A stretch of DNA of 64,000 nt from Bacteroidales bacterium (GTDB taxonomy: Bacteria; Bacteroidota; Bacteroidia; Bacteroidales; B18-G4): NCBI GenBank assembly GCA_018400295.1, contig JAGYMZ010000001.1:70049-134048 (forward strand), given 5' to 3'. The position numbers and the translations under genes are program-made. Shown piece after piece: positions 50,383 through 60,435 of the stretch. Below the pieces are notes generated by a model. The model searched no databases and was not told where the DNA came from. It saw only the letters and a program-made list of their open reading frames with translations. The stretch's first letter is position 1. Each line of letters starts with the position of its first letter.

Positions 50383-51815
50383 CAAGGGGTTCTTCGTATT
50401 GGAATTAGACTAATCAGAGGGTTTAGGGTGAAGGAGGTGATCATGCCAATGGTACCGGCTTGTGGCGATGGCAATCCGTATAAATAAAGGGTCAGGCATG
50501 TCGTCAGGCCGATAACCCCGGATCCGATGCCGCCTGCCCTATTGCTCTTTTTATAAAATAAGCCCCAGAGAAATGGGCCCAGGAAGAAGGATCCCAATGC
50601 TCCCCAGGAAATTCCAAGGATGGTGACGATTGTGTCCGGACTAAAAAAGGCCAGGATAACGGACAACAGAATAAAAAAGGCACTGGTCCAGCGCATGAGT
50701 TGTGTAAGTTTTCGATCATCGGCCATTTTATTGATAAAACCATGGTAAAAGTCCTTGGTCACCGATGAGCTGGATATAAGCACGAGGGCCGCCAGTGTAG
50801 ACATGGATGCAGACAGGATGAGCAGCAGGATGATCACGGAAAGGGATTCAGGGATCACATTGGCGAGCAATTCAGGCATCAGCCGGTCAAAAATAGGTGC
50901 GCCGTCATGAAACGCCTCCGGGTTGTTTTCCGGTGTGAGAAATATGCGGGTCGTGGTTCCGATAAAATATGCGACGCCACCGATCAGGAAGGCAAAGAAG
51001 GTGGATGCAAAAGTGCCGATCCGGATGGACCGCCGGTCCCTTATCGCATAGAATTTTTGAATCAGCTGGGGCATTGCCATGGGTGCGATGCTTGTCAGCA
51101 GGATCAATGACACGAGCGGCCACCATCCTGGCGGACCCACTGCTTCGGTAAGCCTGGGGTCCAGGGCGTTCAGGGATGCTGTGATGTTGCCCAATCCATT
51201 CCCTTTGTTCAATGTAAAAATAAAAAGAATGACCACCCCGATGGTCATAATGATCCCAAAGATCATATCGATCATGGCCATGGACTTGTAGCCTCCGAGC
51301 ACCATATATGTGGCGGTAAAGATGCCCATAAAGGCCAGGGCATAAACATAGGGCAGGTGAAAGGTGGATGTGAACAGATAGGAAAGTCCCATGAAAACTG
51401 CTGCGGAATACGGGATCATGAAAACAAAGATGACCACGGAGGATAAAAGTTTCAATGCCGGACTCCCGTAACGGTATTCAAGGAATTCACTCAGGGTGGA
51501 TACCCCGGCCGCGGAGGTTACTTTCTTGATCCTCCAGGCCAACAAAGACCAAACGAGGAATACGCCGATAAATCCATTAAAAAACGCGATCCATAAGCTG
51601 GAATAGCCGAATCCCCATCCGAGCTTTCCGGCAAAACCAATGAACAGGACTGCACTAAAATATGCTGTGCCATAGGAAAAGGCCGTCATCCACGGACCTA
51701 TATTGCCACCGCCGAGAAAGAAATCAGAAAATGATTTGGTTTTTCGAAGACCTATAATGCCAATAGTGATGATCATGACGGCATACAAGGCAATTACGGT
51801 GATTTTGATCAGCAT
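50382..51815 (-). CDS. Sodium:solute symporter (SSF) family transporter
   Basis: About 13 TM helices. N-terminal SDFFLGGGNIGPWMTAFSYGTAYFSA is typical of PanF/PutP-like SSF proteins. Starts directly after the stop of the upstream gene. Confidence 0.8.
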   Translation of the reverse strand: MLIKITVIALYAVMIITIGIIGLRKTKSFSDFFLGGGNIGPWMTAFSYGTAYFSAVLFIGFAGKLGWGFGYSSLWIAFFNGFIGVFLVWSLLAWRIKKVTSAAGVSTLSEFLEYRYGSPALKLLSSVVIFVFMIPYSAAVFMGLSYLFTSTFHLPYVYALAFMGIFTATYMVLGGYKSMAMIDMIFGIIMTIGVVILFIFTLNKGNGLGNITASLNALDPRLTEAVGPPGWWPLVSLILLTSIAPMAMPQLIQKFYAIRDRRSIRIGTFASTFFAFLIGGVAYFIGTTTRIFLTPENNPEAFHDGAPIFDRLMPELLANVIPESLSVIILLLILSASMSTLAALVLISSSSVTKDFYHGFINKMADDRKLTQLMRWTSAFFILLSVILAFFSPDTIVTILGISWGALGSFFLGPFLWGLFYKKSNRAGGIGSGVIGLTTCLTLYLYGLPSPQAGTIGMITSFTLNPLISLIPIRRTP

Positions 51816-53912
51816 TTATCCGCAGTCTTTTACAGGGTTTCCGGCATTCATTTTCTGTCCTTTTATTCTGATCCGTGCATCAACCGCCCGGATTTTTTCT
51901 TTTTTTCCGATCAGGGGATTCAGGTCAAGTTCCACGATCTCGGGAGCACAGACCACCAGGGCGGAAAGTCTGGATATAATTTCTGCAAAAACTTGTTCAT
52001 CAACACCTTCCTGCCCCCGTATTCCCTGGATTATTTTGTAGCTTTTCAGGTTTTTGATCATTTCCAGTGCTTTACTGACCGGGAAAGGAGCCAGGCCGGT
52101 TCTGACATCTTTAAGGACCTCGATAAAAATGCCTCCCAGTCCGCAAAGCACCAGATGACCGAATGTATCTTCATAGGTTGCTCCGGCAAACAGTTCTATG
52201 CCATGGATCATTGGCTGGATGAGCACCCCCGTGGTTCCTTTTATCCCCATGAGTTCATCGAAGGTTTTAGCCGCCATGGATGCATCAGGGATATTCAGCC
52301 GGACTCCTCCCACGTCTGATTTATGCAGTTGTCCGACCACCTTCATGACCACAGGAAAGCGGGCTTGTTCGGAAAGGGATACGGCTTCCTCACGGTTTTT
52401 GGCAATGTATTCCTCTATACGGGGTATTCCGGAGGCGTCCAGAATTTTCTGTATATTTTTGGCTGAAATATAGCCTTCATCACATGAGTCTATTATGTTG
52501 CGAATGGTTTTTTTATCTATTTCAGGAAGTTCCGGACGGGCCGGTTCCGGTGGGGGTGTATTCATGATCCTGGTCAGGGCTTTTCCAAAGACTACCTCAT
52601 CGGGGAAAAACACCCGGCCTTTTGCGATAAAAGATTCCACTTCTTCTTTTGCTGTCAGGGTGGATGGAAGTACCGGAAAAATGGGTTTTTGGGAAGTGTT
52701 CATTTTTGAATCCAGGATGTCGTAAACATCGAAAATGTCGAATAGTCCGGGCGTGCCAAAAATCACCGTCATTCCGTCTATGTTGTCGAATTTTTCATCT
52801 GCGTAGTCAATAATGGTTCCCAATTGTTCAGCTGTACCGGTGGCCAGAAAGTCGATGGGGTTCGCGACCGATGAGCCCGGGAACAATTTTTCCAGCAGCT
52901 CGTCCGCTGCCTTGCCCCGGATGGGTGGCACCTGCATACCGTTGTCGGATAATACATCCGTGAGCATTACTGCCGGCCCCCCGGCATGGCTGATGATGGC
53001 CATGCGTTTGCCTTTCATTGGCTTATGCATGAAAACGGAAGCAACCGATATCAATTCTTCCCGTCCATGGCACCGGATGATCCCCGCTTTTCTGAAAAGG
53101 GCATCCACGGCGGCATCCGAAGTGGCCAGGGCGCCTGTGTGTGATGATGCCGCCCGGCTTCCGGCTTCGGAAGTACCTGCCTTAATGGCGGCTATTCGGC
53201 ATCCTTTCCGGATCAGGGAAGCCGAATGTTTAAACAAAAGATGCGGCTTTTTGATGTTTTCAATGTATAACAGCTTGACCCCCGGTGAAGTCTCCGGGTC
53301 GAATGTTTCATCCATGTACTGAAGGATCTCTTCCACACCCAACTGGGCGCTGTTGCCCACGGAAAAGACACGGGCAAAAGGCAATCCTTTGGGGATCCCG
53401 GCTTCCATTATAAAACAGGCCGTGGCCCCGGAACCCGAAATAAAATCACATCCCCGTGGATCCAGCCGGGGCACAGGCATGGTGAATACGCCGTGATAAG
53501 CGGGGGTCAGAACGCCAATGCAATTCGGTCCGATGAGACAACCACCGGTTGCATTAATGGTATCCACAATCTCTTTTTCCAGCATGGCACCTTCTGCATC
53601 TTCTTCACCAAAGCCGGCAGATAGTATGATAAATGCCCGCGTTTGCTTTTGATGGGCAAGAATTTTTACGGTCCCCGGCACATATTTGGCCGCTATGGCA
53701 ATAATGGCAAGATCTACCTGGGGAAGATCCGTTGCACTACGGTAACTTTTTATTCCCTGAACGTTCGATTCTTTAAGATTGGTGACGAGGATTTTCCCGG
53801 CAAAGCCTCCGTCCAGGAGGTTCTTGAGAACTTTCCCGCCGGGTTTCCTGATGTCATTGGAAGCCCCAATAACAACAATACTTCCCGGATTGATCAGTTG
53901 ATCGGTTATCAT
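51816..53912 (-). CDS. ADP-forming acetyl/acyl-CoA synthetase (fused alpha-beta; CoA-binding, CoA-ligase and ATP-grasp domains)
   Basis: NPGSIVVIGASND CoA-binding N-terminus, phosphohistidine-loop region GTSEAGSRAASSHTGALA, and a C-terminal ATP-grasp (FPVVMKVVGQLHKSDVGGVRLNI). Confidence 0.85.
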   Translation of the reverse strand: MITDQLINPGSIVVIGASNDIRKPGGKVLKNLLDGGFAGKILVTNLKESNVQGIKSYRSATDLPQVDLAIIAIAAKYVPGTVKILAHQKQTRAFIILSAGFGEEDAEGAMLEKEIVDTINATGGCLIGPNCIGVLTPAYHGVFTMPVPRLDPRGCDFISGSGATACFIMEAGIPKGLPFARVFSVGNSAQLGVEEILQYMDETFDPETSPGVKLLYIENIKKPHLLFKHSASLIRKGCRIAAIKAGTSEAGSRAASSHTGALATSDAAVDALFRKAGIIRCHGREELISVASVFMHKPMKGKRMAIISHAGGPAVMLTDVLSDNGMQVPPIRGKAADELLEKLFPGSSVANPIDFLATGTAEQLGTIIDYADEKFDNIDGMTVIFGTPGLFDIFDVYDILDSKMNTSQKPIFPVLPSTLTAKEEVESFIAKGRVFFPDEVVFGKALTRIMNTPPPEPARPELPEIDKKTIRNIIDSCDEGYISAKNIQKILDASGIPRIEEYIAKNREEAVSLSEQARFPVVMKVVGQLHKSDVGGVRLNIPDASMAAKTFDELMGIKGTTGVLIQPMIHGIELFAGATYEDTFGHLVLCGLGGIFIEVLKDVRTGLAPFPVSKALEMIKNLKSYKIIQGIRGQEGVDEQVFAEIISRLSALVVCAPEIVELDLNPLIGKKEKIRAVDARIRIKGQKMNAGNPVKDCG

Positions 53913-54024
53913 AAGTACGATTTATTTGAATGTGGGATTATCCCGTGTACAGCGCAGCTAATTTAGAAAAAAACTCCTGGATGAACGCCCTTTTTTGCAT
54001 TTTGATCATGGGTTAACAATCTTT

Positions 54025-57000
54025 CTACCTGCTTATGAATTTTTTATGTGTATTTGTTTTTCGCAGGATGGCAGCGATGGAAAAATTATCCGACAGGGCA
54101 TTTTTTCTTTCTTTGATCTTGTTTAATGCTTTGAACCTGACCTTTTCCACCTGGGATATCTCCTTTTCCAGAGATGCCATGAATTCATTTTTCCGGGAAG
54201 GGTATTCAGGCATGTTTTCATTCGTTGCATGGGCCTCAGTAAACCGGCTGATCAGATTTTGTACCGTAACCATGGATTGTGTCAGTTGGATTTGCATTTC
54301 TTTCATTCCGGATATGACCGGATCAATGAATTCACGTTCGGTGATGTATGATGCAAAGGCGGAAAGCTGCAATTTGACGGGTTTATGGTTGCTGAATTGT
54401 TTTTCCTTGAAATTTTCATACACGTCATATTCCATGACCTCTGCTGTTTGCGGAAGGATTGCATTACTTGTGCGCAATGCTTCCAATTGTTGTTCTATTT
54501 GTTCATCACAGAGGTATGTGAACTGACCGGGATCAAGATATACACGTATTTTCTTCATGTCCGCCGGGAATTTGTTTTTCCGGTCACTCAGGTTTTGCAT
54601 CAAGTCATGGTAATTTTTCAGGATATTCTTCCCGATAATTTCCTGCATGCCATTATGGATTGTATCAAGCTTAATACGCAGGTCCAACACATATTTTTGG
54701 AGCTCAATCTCTATAATGTTCATATGGCCCAGAAGCTTCTGGTTGCGGTACCAGTGACCGGGAATTTGTTCAATCCCTGATTTTGTCCTGTTAATGATGG
54801 CGTTGGATTTTCTGCGCTTTTTTATATGCCGGTTGACATTGAGGATTTTAAGATCATTGGAGATCTGCTGAATAACGTAAAAGGTTTTGTTAAGCAGTAA
54901 TATATATATGGATTGCAGGGATGTTTCATTCAGCACGGAAAATTCATTGTAAATTTTATCCGAACCGGCGATTTCCCGATCAATGTCCGTATTGCCAATG
55001 TCGTGTTCCTGCAAAAGCTTGTCAAGCTTAATGTAACTATTGAAAGCGTTTTCATTCAATTTACGGACCTTGATAAGATATTGCAGGCTGATCATACCAT
55101 AATTTTCCATGACTTCAAAAACAGGCTGGTATATGGCATTGTCAAAATATGCCTTGACAAGTTTCTTATAATATATTGTGTATATGGGTTTGGTGGATCT
55201 TTTAACCAATTGCTTTTTCAGTTTGAAAAGACGGAGGTAAAAGGAATCGTCTTTGTTGATGCGCAGGTCATTCTTGTCAAGGTTCCTGGCGATGCGCCCG
55301 GGAATGTTGCCGGAAATATTCAGGATCTGTTCGTGAAAATACGATATGCCTTTCCGGATGATTTCATGCTGTTCGCTGAATATTGCATCGTCCAGCTTTT
55401 CAAGTGCGCTTTTTGATTCACGGATAATATCCTGCTGTGCGTTATACAGGTGTTGTTTCCATTCGGATTTTTTCATTCCGGTATTCGTATATTCCTTCAG
55501 TTTGGACAAGTGGCCGGTGGTGATCTTTTGGATATCCCGGATGGGATGCTTATGCAGGCTGAACAATTCCACCAGGTGATTTTTGTAAATCCATTCATCC
55601 ATTCTTTTGATTTGGTCATACAGGATATGGACATGCTCCGCCAGGATGGGGTTCATGGGATAAGTGATCGTGGGTGGCCGGATCTCCCGGGTGACCGATG
55701 ATTCACGGCCATCACCTGCAAATTCGGATTTTAGTTGGATCCCTGAAGGCTTCACCATACCGATCTGTATCTCTTTGAAGAAAGAAGATGCTTTAACGAG
55801 AAGCGTTGTTCCGATATTATTGCTGAGGTGGTTCACATTTTCAACATACAGGTGTTCCTCACCTTCCCTGACTTCGGGTATGCCAAGCAATACAAGGTCT
55901 GAATTGGATGACTCAACCTGGATGATCTCATAGGCCGGTCTTTGCTCGATCTGATTGTTCAGGACCTTAATCCCGGCATTCATCCTGAGGTCGTCAAGGA
56001 CCCTTTCCGTATCCCGTATCAGCTTTTCTTTCTGGTCATTGATCGGGTTAATGATCAGGATCCGGGCGCTGGCATTCTTCCAGGTCTCTGATATCCACAG
56101 GAATTTTACAAGGGACATCATCAGGGTGCAATTGTTCCCGCCACCCCGGCACCAGACATCAATGCGTTGTCTTTTACCGAACCCCGCTTCTTTATCATAA
56201 TCAAGCATGAGCAGATTCAGATCCAGGTCGCTGAGCGTTTTGATCAAACGGACAAAACGGACCGGGTTCTCGCTTTGCCTGGCCCATCCAAAAAGCACTG
56301 TGTTGGGTTCGATCCCTGAGAAGCCGTAGGTGCTGGAAATGGCTTCAATTCCTTCATAAATATCTTTACATTCATGCCTGCGCGTAAAGATCCCCTCATA
56401 AGTCCGGCTCTCATCTGTATCAAGTGATTGTTGATGTTTTTTGAATAAGACGCTGGCCGATGTGTTAAGGATGAGGTCGAAATTGGAAACCAATCCGTGA
56501 TACCCTGCCAGGTCTTTCCCGAATTGAAGTAAATGCGGCCTCATCATGGTTCCTCCGCTGAACAGTATGATGTTGGGCCTCCAGTTTCTTTCTTCCAGCC
56601 TGTTTTTGTCGATCTTGTTCAGGGTTTTTCGTACCAGGTGTGTACGGACACTTTGCCATACATCTCCGTATGCGAGGGCGATTTTTTTCCTTTTGATATA
56701 GGTATAAATGCCGCCCAGTATGAGAAGGGAACCAAACATGGCCAGGGTATCGATCTTGAACATTACCGCAAAGCAAGCGATGAATCCGGCAACACCCACC
56801 CAGTGGGAAATTTTGAAGGAAGGCCGGAAATCGGTACTGGCCCATTTTTCCAGGGCAAAAGCGAGATTTATGAACCCATAGGCTGCAATGTAGAACATGG
56901 TGACAATTGCAGCGATCATATCCAGCTGTCCGATCAAAATACCACTTTCGGCCAGAATAAATGTAAATATCAGGGCATTCCTGGGTTCGTTGTTAACGCC

Positions 57001-57957
57001 GAATCCCCTGCCAAGGACTTTAGGTGTGATCTTATCTTTAGAGATGGCTTGCAGTATCCGTGGTGCGCCCAGGATAACTGCCAGTGCAGATGATAGGGTG
57101 GCACCCCAGATGCCTGCTACCACGAGGGGGCCGGACCACGCCACTTTCATGAGAAAGTTGGTGTCTTCCATCAGCATTTCCCTTTCGAACCCAATGGAAA
57201 AGCCGGTTGCAAGGCCAATGTAAACGATCAGTCCCACGATGATAGAAGCCATTGTGCCCCTCGGAATATCTTTTTTAGGGTTTTTTAGATCTCCCGACAT
57301 GGCTACTCCGGCATTAAATCCTTTTACTGCAGGGAAAAAAATGGCAAAAATGGTGATCGTTGAAACTCCTCCTGCAGCGGGCAGCCATAATATTTCCTCT
57401 GAAGAAAATTTATCTCCTGTAAAAAACCCTGTTACAATCGAAGCGATGGAAAGGACGATGGCCCCTAATATAAAAAACTGCGTTTTGATGGCTATGGAAG
57501 TGCTGATAAACGCAATAACGGTTAGCATGATCAATACGATGCTGCCCACGATCCTGAAGTTCTGTGTTGTGGGCTCCATATCCAGGAAATTGCTGATCGC
57601 TTCAATGCCCAGGAAGTTTTCACAAAAACCAATGATGTAGAGTGCAATGCTGAAGGATGCACCCACAAAGATCGTGATTCCTGTGGATCCTCCAATGGGC
57701 AGTCCAAGGCTGCGGGAGAGGATATAATAGATACCGCCGGACTTAATTTTTTTGTCGGTGGCAATGCTGGAAATGCTCAGGCCTGTGGAAACCGAAATAA
57801 GATGGGCCAGAAGTATGATCCACAAAGCAGCCAGGAGACCTGCCTGGCCAACCACCCATCCCAGGCGCATATACATGATAACACCCAGGCTCGTGAGAAT
57901 GGACGGGGTGAATACACCGGCAAATGCACCGAATTTTTTAGGTTTTGCTGAAGGCAT
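54025..57957 (-). CDS. SLC12/cation-chloride cotransporter-like permease with SLC12 C-terminal domain plus an unassigned helical extension of about 570 aa (1310 aa total)
   Basis: N-terminus FGAFAGVFTPSILTSLGVIMYMRLGWVVGQAG (APC/SLC12 TM1). About 12 TM to aa 425. NWRPNIILFSGG marks the start of the SLC12 cytoplasmic domain (to about aa 730). The frame then continues uninterrupted to aa 1310. Confidence 0.8.
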   Translation of the reverse strand: MPSAKPKKFGAFAGVFTPSILTSLGVIMYMRLGWVVGQAGLLAALWIILLAHLISVSTGLSISSIATDKKIKSGGIYYILSRSLGLPIGGSTGITIFVGASFSIALYIIGFCENFLGIEAISNFLDMEPTTQNFRIVGSIVLIMLTVIAFISTSIAIKTQFFILGAIVLSIASIVTGFFTGDKFSSEEILWLPAAGGVSTITIFAIFFPAVKGFNAGVAMSGDLKNPKKDIPRGTMASIIVGLIVYIGLATGFSIGFEREMLMEDTNFLMKVAWSGPLVVAGIWGATLSSALAVILGAPRILQAISKDKITPKVLGRGFGVNNEPRNALIFTFILAESGILIGQLDMIAAIVTMFYIAAYGFINLAFALEKWASTDFRPSFKISHWVGVAGFIACFAVMFKIDTLAMFGSLLILGGIYTYIKRKKIALAYGDVWQSVRTHLVRKTLNKIDKNRLEERNWRPNIILFSGGTMMRPHLLQFGKDLAGYHGLVSNFDLILNTSASVLFKKHQQSLDTDESRTYEGIFTRRHECKDIYEGIEAISSTYGFSGIEPNTVLFGWARQSENPVRFVRLIKTLSDLDLNLLMLDYDKEAGFGKRQRIDVWCRGGGNNCTLMMSLVKFLWISETWKNASARILIINPINDQKEKLIRDTERVLDDLRMNAGIKVLNNQIEQRPAYEIIQVESSNSDLVLLGIPEVREGEEHLYVENVNHLSNNIGTTLLVKASSFFKEIQIGMVKPSGIQLKSEFAGDGRESSVTREIRPPTITYPMNPILAEHVHILYDQIKRMDEWIYKNHLVELFSLHKHPIRDIQKITTGHLSKLKEYTNTGMKKSEWKQHLYNAQQDIIRESKSALEKLDDAIFSEQHEIIRKGISYFHEQILNISGNIPGRIARNLDKNDLRINKDDSFYLRLFKLKKQLVKRSTKPIYTIYYKKLVKAYFDNAIYQPVFEVMENYGMISLQYLIKVRKLNENAFNSYIKLDKLLQEHDIGNTDIDREIAGSDKIYNEFSVLNETSLQSIYILLLNKTFYVIQQISNDLKILNVNRHIKKRRKSNAIINRTKSGIEQIPGHWYRNQKLLGHMNIIEIELQKYVLDLRIKLDTIHNGMQEIIGKNILKNYHDLMQNLSDRKNKFPADMKKIRVYLDPGQFTYLCDEQIEQQLEALRTSNAILPQTAEVMEYDVYENFKEKQFSNHKPVKLQLSAFASYITEREFIDPVISGMKEMQIQLTQSMVTVQNLISRFTEAHATNENMPEYPSRKNEFMASLEKEISQVEKVRFKALNKIKERKNALSDNFSIAAILRKTNTHKKFISR

Positions 57958-58020
57958 GATCCTGTCTGAGATGTTATGTGATTTAATGGCTGCAAACCGG
58001 GGCAGCTTTTTAATATGTTG

Positions 58021-58569
58021 TTATTTCATCCTGCGAAATTTCGAAAAATCCCCCTTCTCAATGGATTGATTGAGCTCTTTTATCATGTCCTTGAACTGGC
58101 TTTCAGATCCGCAAAAGAACATTGTTTCCAGCGGATCTTTATCAATGATGAGGGTGTCCAGCATACCTACCGGGGGCGTGCTGTCGAGGTCACTGTATTC
58201 CTCATAGGTCATGTTCAGGAAAACGACCCGCTCGTTTATTCCACGGTTATCAAGAAGGAAGCCCTTGATCAGGGGTGTGGGGTATGCAAAACTGTCCTTA
58301 TAGAACAGATCGCCGGGGGCCGGATAGGAGGTGATCATTTCTTTTTCCGGGTCCATGATCACCGGAACGTTCCTGGAGTAATCTTTTTTTGTTTTGTAAA
58401 TGATCACCGGCCTGGGCGGTCCTGCGTTGGCCATAACCTGTTTTTCAGACAAGGTGTCTTTGTCCGTGTGCTCACTGCTCGCCTGCTTCCCTTCTTTCAT
58501 GGTATTCAGGCAGGATGTTATGGCAAATAAAGAAATAAAAACTGGTACAGCTTTTGTGATGTGTCTCAT
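58021..58569 (-). CDS. Hypothetical lipoprotein
   Basis: Lipobox SLFAITSC and a hydrophilic mature part. Preferred over the fully overlapping antisense ORF 58015-58530. Confidence 0.55.
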   Translation of the reverse strand: MRHITKAVPVFISLFAITSCLNTMKEGKQASSEHTDKDTLSEKQVMANAGPPRPVIIYKTKKDYSRNVPVIMDPEKEMITSYPAPGDLFYKDSFAYPTPLIKGFLLDNRGINERVVFLNMTYEEYSDLDSTPPVGMLDTLIIDKDPLETMFFCGSESQFKDMIKELNQSIEKGDFSKFRRMK

Positions 58570-58651
58570 GGTTGCAGCAATAAAAAGTTTGTAATTATGT
58601 TACAATAATAGAAAATATCCTGCAATGTTTTATTTGACTTCATTTATTTAA

Positions 58652-58659
58652 TAAATTTG
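58652..58659 (+). promoter_or_regulatory. -7 promoter box TAAATTTG
   Basis: Matches TAnnTTTG, 44 nt upstream of ATG 58703. A TTTG lies at 58633-58636. Confidence 0.4.
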
Positions 58660-58702
58660 CAGAAAATCATATGCTTTCTGTAAGCCAAAAATACCAACAG
58701 TT

Positions 58703-59161
58703 ATGAAAACGATCGCTTTACTGGTCATTGTTGCCCTTATTGGTATATGTCCGGCAACAGCTCAGGATTCGGAAAAGTCGGATAATCCCAACGAACCTTT
58801 TATGAAATTTGAAAAGACCACCCATGATTACGGTACGATCTATCAAAATTCGGACGGGACATGTGAATTTGAGTTCAAAAACACCGGGAAAGAGCCCCTG
58901 ATCCTGTCCAGGCCCAAATCCTCCTGTGGATGTACCGTTCCAACCTGGCCCAAGCAACCCATACTTCCCGGTAAAACGGATGTTGTTAAGGTAACGTATG
59001 CCACGCGGAGGATCGGACCGATAAATAAGACCATTACTATTTATTCCAATGCATCAAACTCGCCATTGATTCTCCGGATAAAGGGCAAAGTGATCAAACA
59101 ACCTGCACAGGTCATGCCTGAGAAGGAAACTGAAAATGGTGCAACCCCCGTGAATAAATAG
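58703..59161 (+). CDS. DUF1573 domain-containing secreted protein
   Basis: Signal peptide, then FEKTTHDYGTIYQNSDGTCEFEFKNTGKEPLILSRPKSSCGCTVPTWPKQPILPGK, the characteristic DUF1573 core with the CGC motif. Confidence 0.8.
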   Translation: MKTIALLVIVALIGICPATAQDSEKSDNPNEPFMKFEKTTHDYGTIYQNSDGTCEFEFKNTGKEPLILSRPKSSCGCTVPTWPKQPILPGKTDVVKVTYATRRIGPINKTITIYSNASNSPLILRIKGKVIKQPAQVMPEKETENGATPVNK

Positions 59162-59225
59162 CATACAACATACCTGGCGCCAAACCGTCAATATTTTTTA
59201 ATTATTCACCAAATTATTCAGCCTT

Positions 59226-60422
59226 ATGCCCACAATATCTGAAAAGGGTAAGCGGATGCCGGAATCACCCATCCGAAAATTGGTCCCGTTCGCTGAGTTG
59301 GCGAAGAAAAACGGTATTAAGGTATATCACCTGAACATCGGACAACCGGACATTGAAACTCCTCAGATCGCGATGGACGCAGTGAAAAATTATAAAGAAG
59401 TTGTCATTGCATACAGCCACTCTGCAGGCATTCCATTATTCAGGGAAAAACTGACCCGGTATTATGCGGATCATGGAATTGACATTACATCCGATCAGGT
59501 CATTGTTGGGGCAGGGGCCTCGGAGGCAATCTTATTTGCCATGAACAGTTGCCTTGATCCGGGTGACGAAGTGATCATTCCGGAACCATTTTATGCCAAT
59601 TATAACGGTTTTGCAATTAATGCCGGCATAGAAGTACGCCCCATTGTATCCGATATCCGGTCTGGTTTTGCGCTGCCGCCCATTGCGGAATTTGAAAAGG
59701 CCATAACATCCCGAACCAAGGCCATTCTCATATGCAATCCGAACAATCCCACGGGTTATCTGTATTCGGAGGAAGAACTTGAGGTATTACGGGGAATTGT
59801 GAAAAAGCACGACCTTTTCCTGATCTCTGATGAAGTATACAGGGAGTTTTGCTATGATGGCCGGAAGCACCATTCTGCCATGAACCTGGAGGGAATTGAA
59901 GAAAATGTCATCCTTATTGATTCGGTTTCCAAGCGTTATAGTGCCTGTGGTATTCGCATCGGCTTTATGATATCCAGGAACAAACAGGTTATGGCAACTG
60001 CGCTCAAGTTCGCTCAGGCACGCCTGAGCCCGCCGACATTCGGGCAGGTTGCTGCCGAAGCCGCATTGGATGTTCCGGAAACCTATTTTACCAACGTACT
60101 GGATGAATACCATGCCCGCCGAAAGATAGTGGTGGAATCCATAAATGCCATGGAGGGTGCTTATTGCCCGGAACCTAAAGGTGCTTTTTATGTGGTCGCC
60201 AGTCTTCCCATAGACGACTCCGACAGATTTTGCCGTTGGCTCCTGGAGGCGTTTCATCACCAAAATGAAACCGTAATGCTTGCTCCGGCAACCGGTTTTT
60301 ACTCAACGAAAGGACGCGGTCAGAATGAAGTCAGGATCAGTTATGTGCTAAATGTCGAAGATCTTAAAAAAGCCATGCATTGCCTGGACGAAGCACTGAA
60401 AATTTATCCGGGAAGGATCTGA
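59226..60422 (+). CDS. Class I PLP-dependent aminotransferase (aspartate/aromatic aminotransferase type)
   Basis: NIGQPD, CNPNNPTG, and the PLP-lysine motif SVSKRYSACGIRIG. 398 aa. Confidence 0.85.
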   Translation: MPTISEKGKRMPESPIRKLVPFAELAKKNGIKVYHLNIGQPDIETPQIAMDAVKNYKEVVIAYSHSAGIPLFREKLTRYYADHGIDITSDQVIVGAGASEAILFAMNSCLDPGDEVIIPEPFYANYNGFAINAGIEVRPIVSDIRSGFALPPIAEFEKAITSRTKAILICNPNNPTGYLYSEEELEVLRGIVKKHDLFLISDEVYREFCYDGRKHHSAMNLEGIEENVILIDSVSKRYSACGIRIGFMISRNKQVMATALKFAQARLSPPTFGQVAAEAALDVPETYFTNVLDEYHARRKIVVESINAMEGAYCPEPKGAFYVVASLPIDDSDRFCRWLLEAFHHQNETVMLAPATGFYSTKGRGQNEVRISYVLNVEDLKKAMHCLDEALKIYPGRI

Positions 60423-60435
60423 CGACACCATGCGA

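Noticed and set aside
58015-58530. 171-aa plus-strand ORF
   Set aside because: It is fully antisense to the 58021-58569 ORF, which has a clean lipoprotein signal (SLFAITSC) and protein-like composition. The plus-frame product is low-complexity and atypical.
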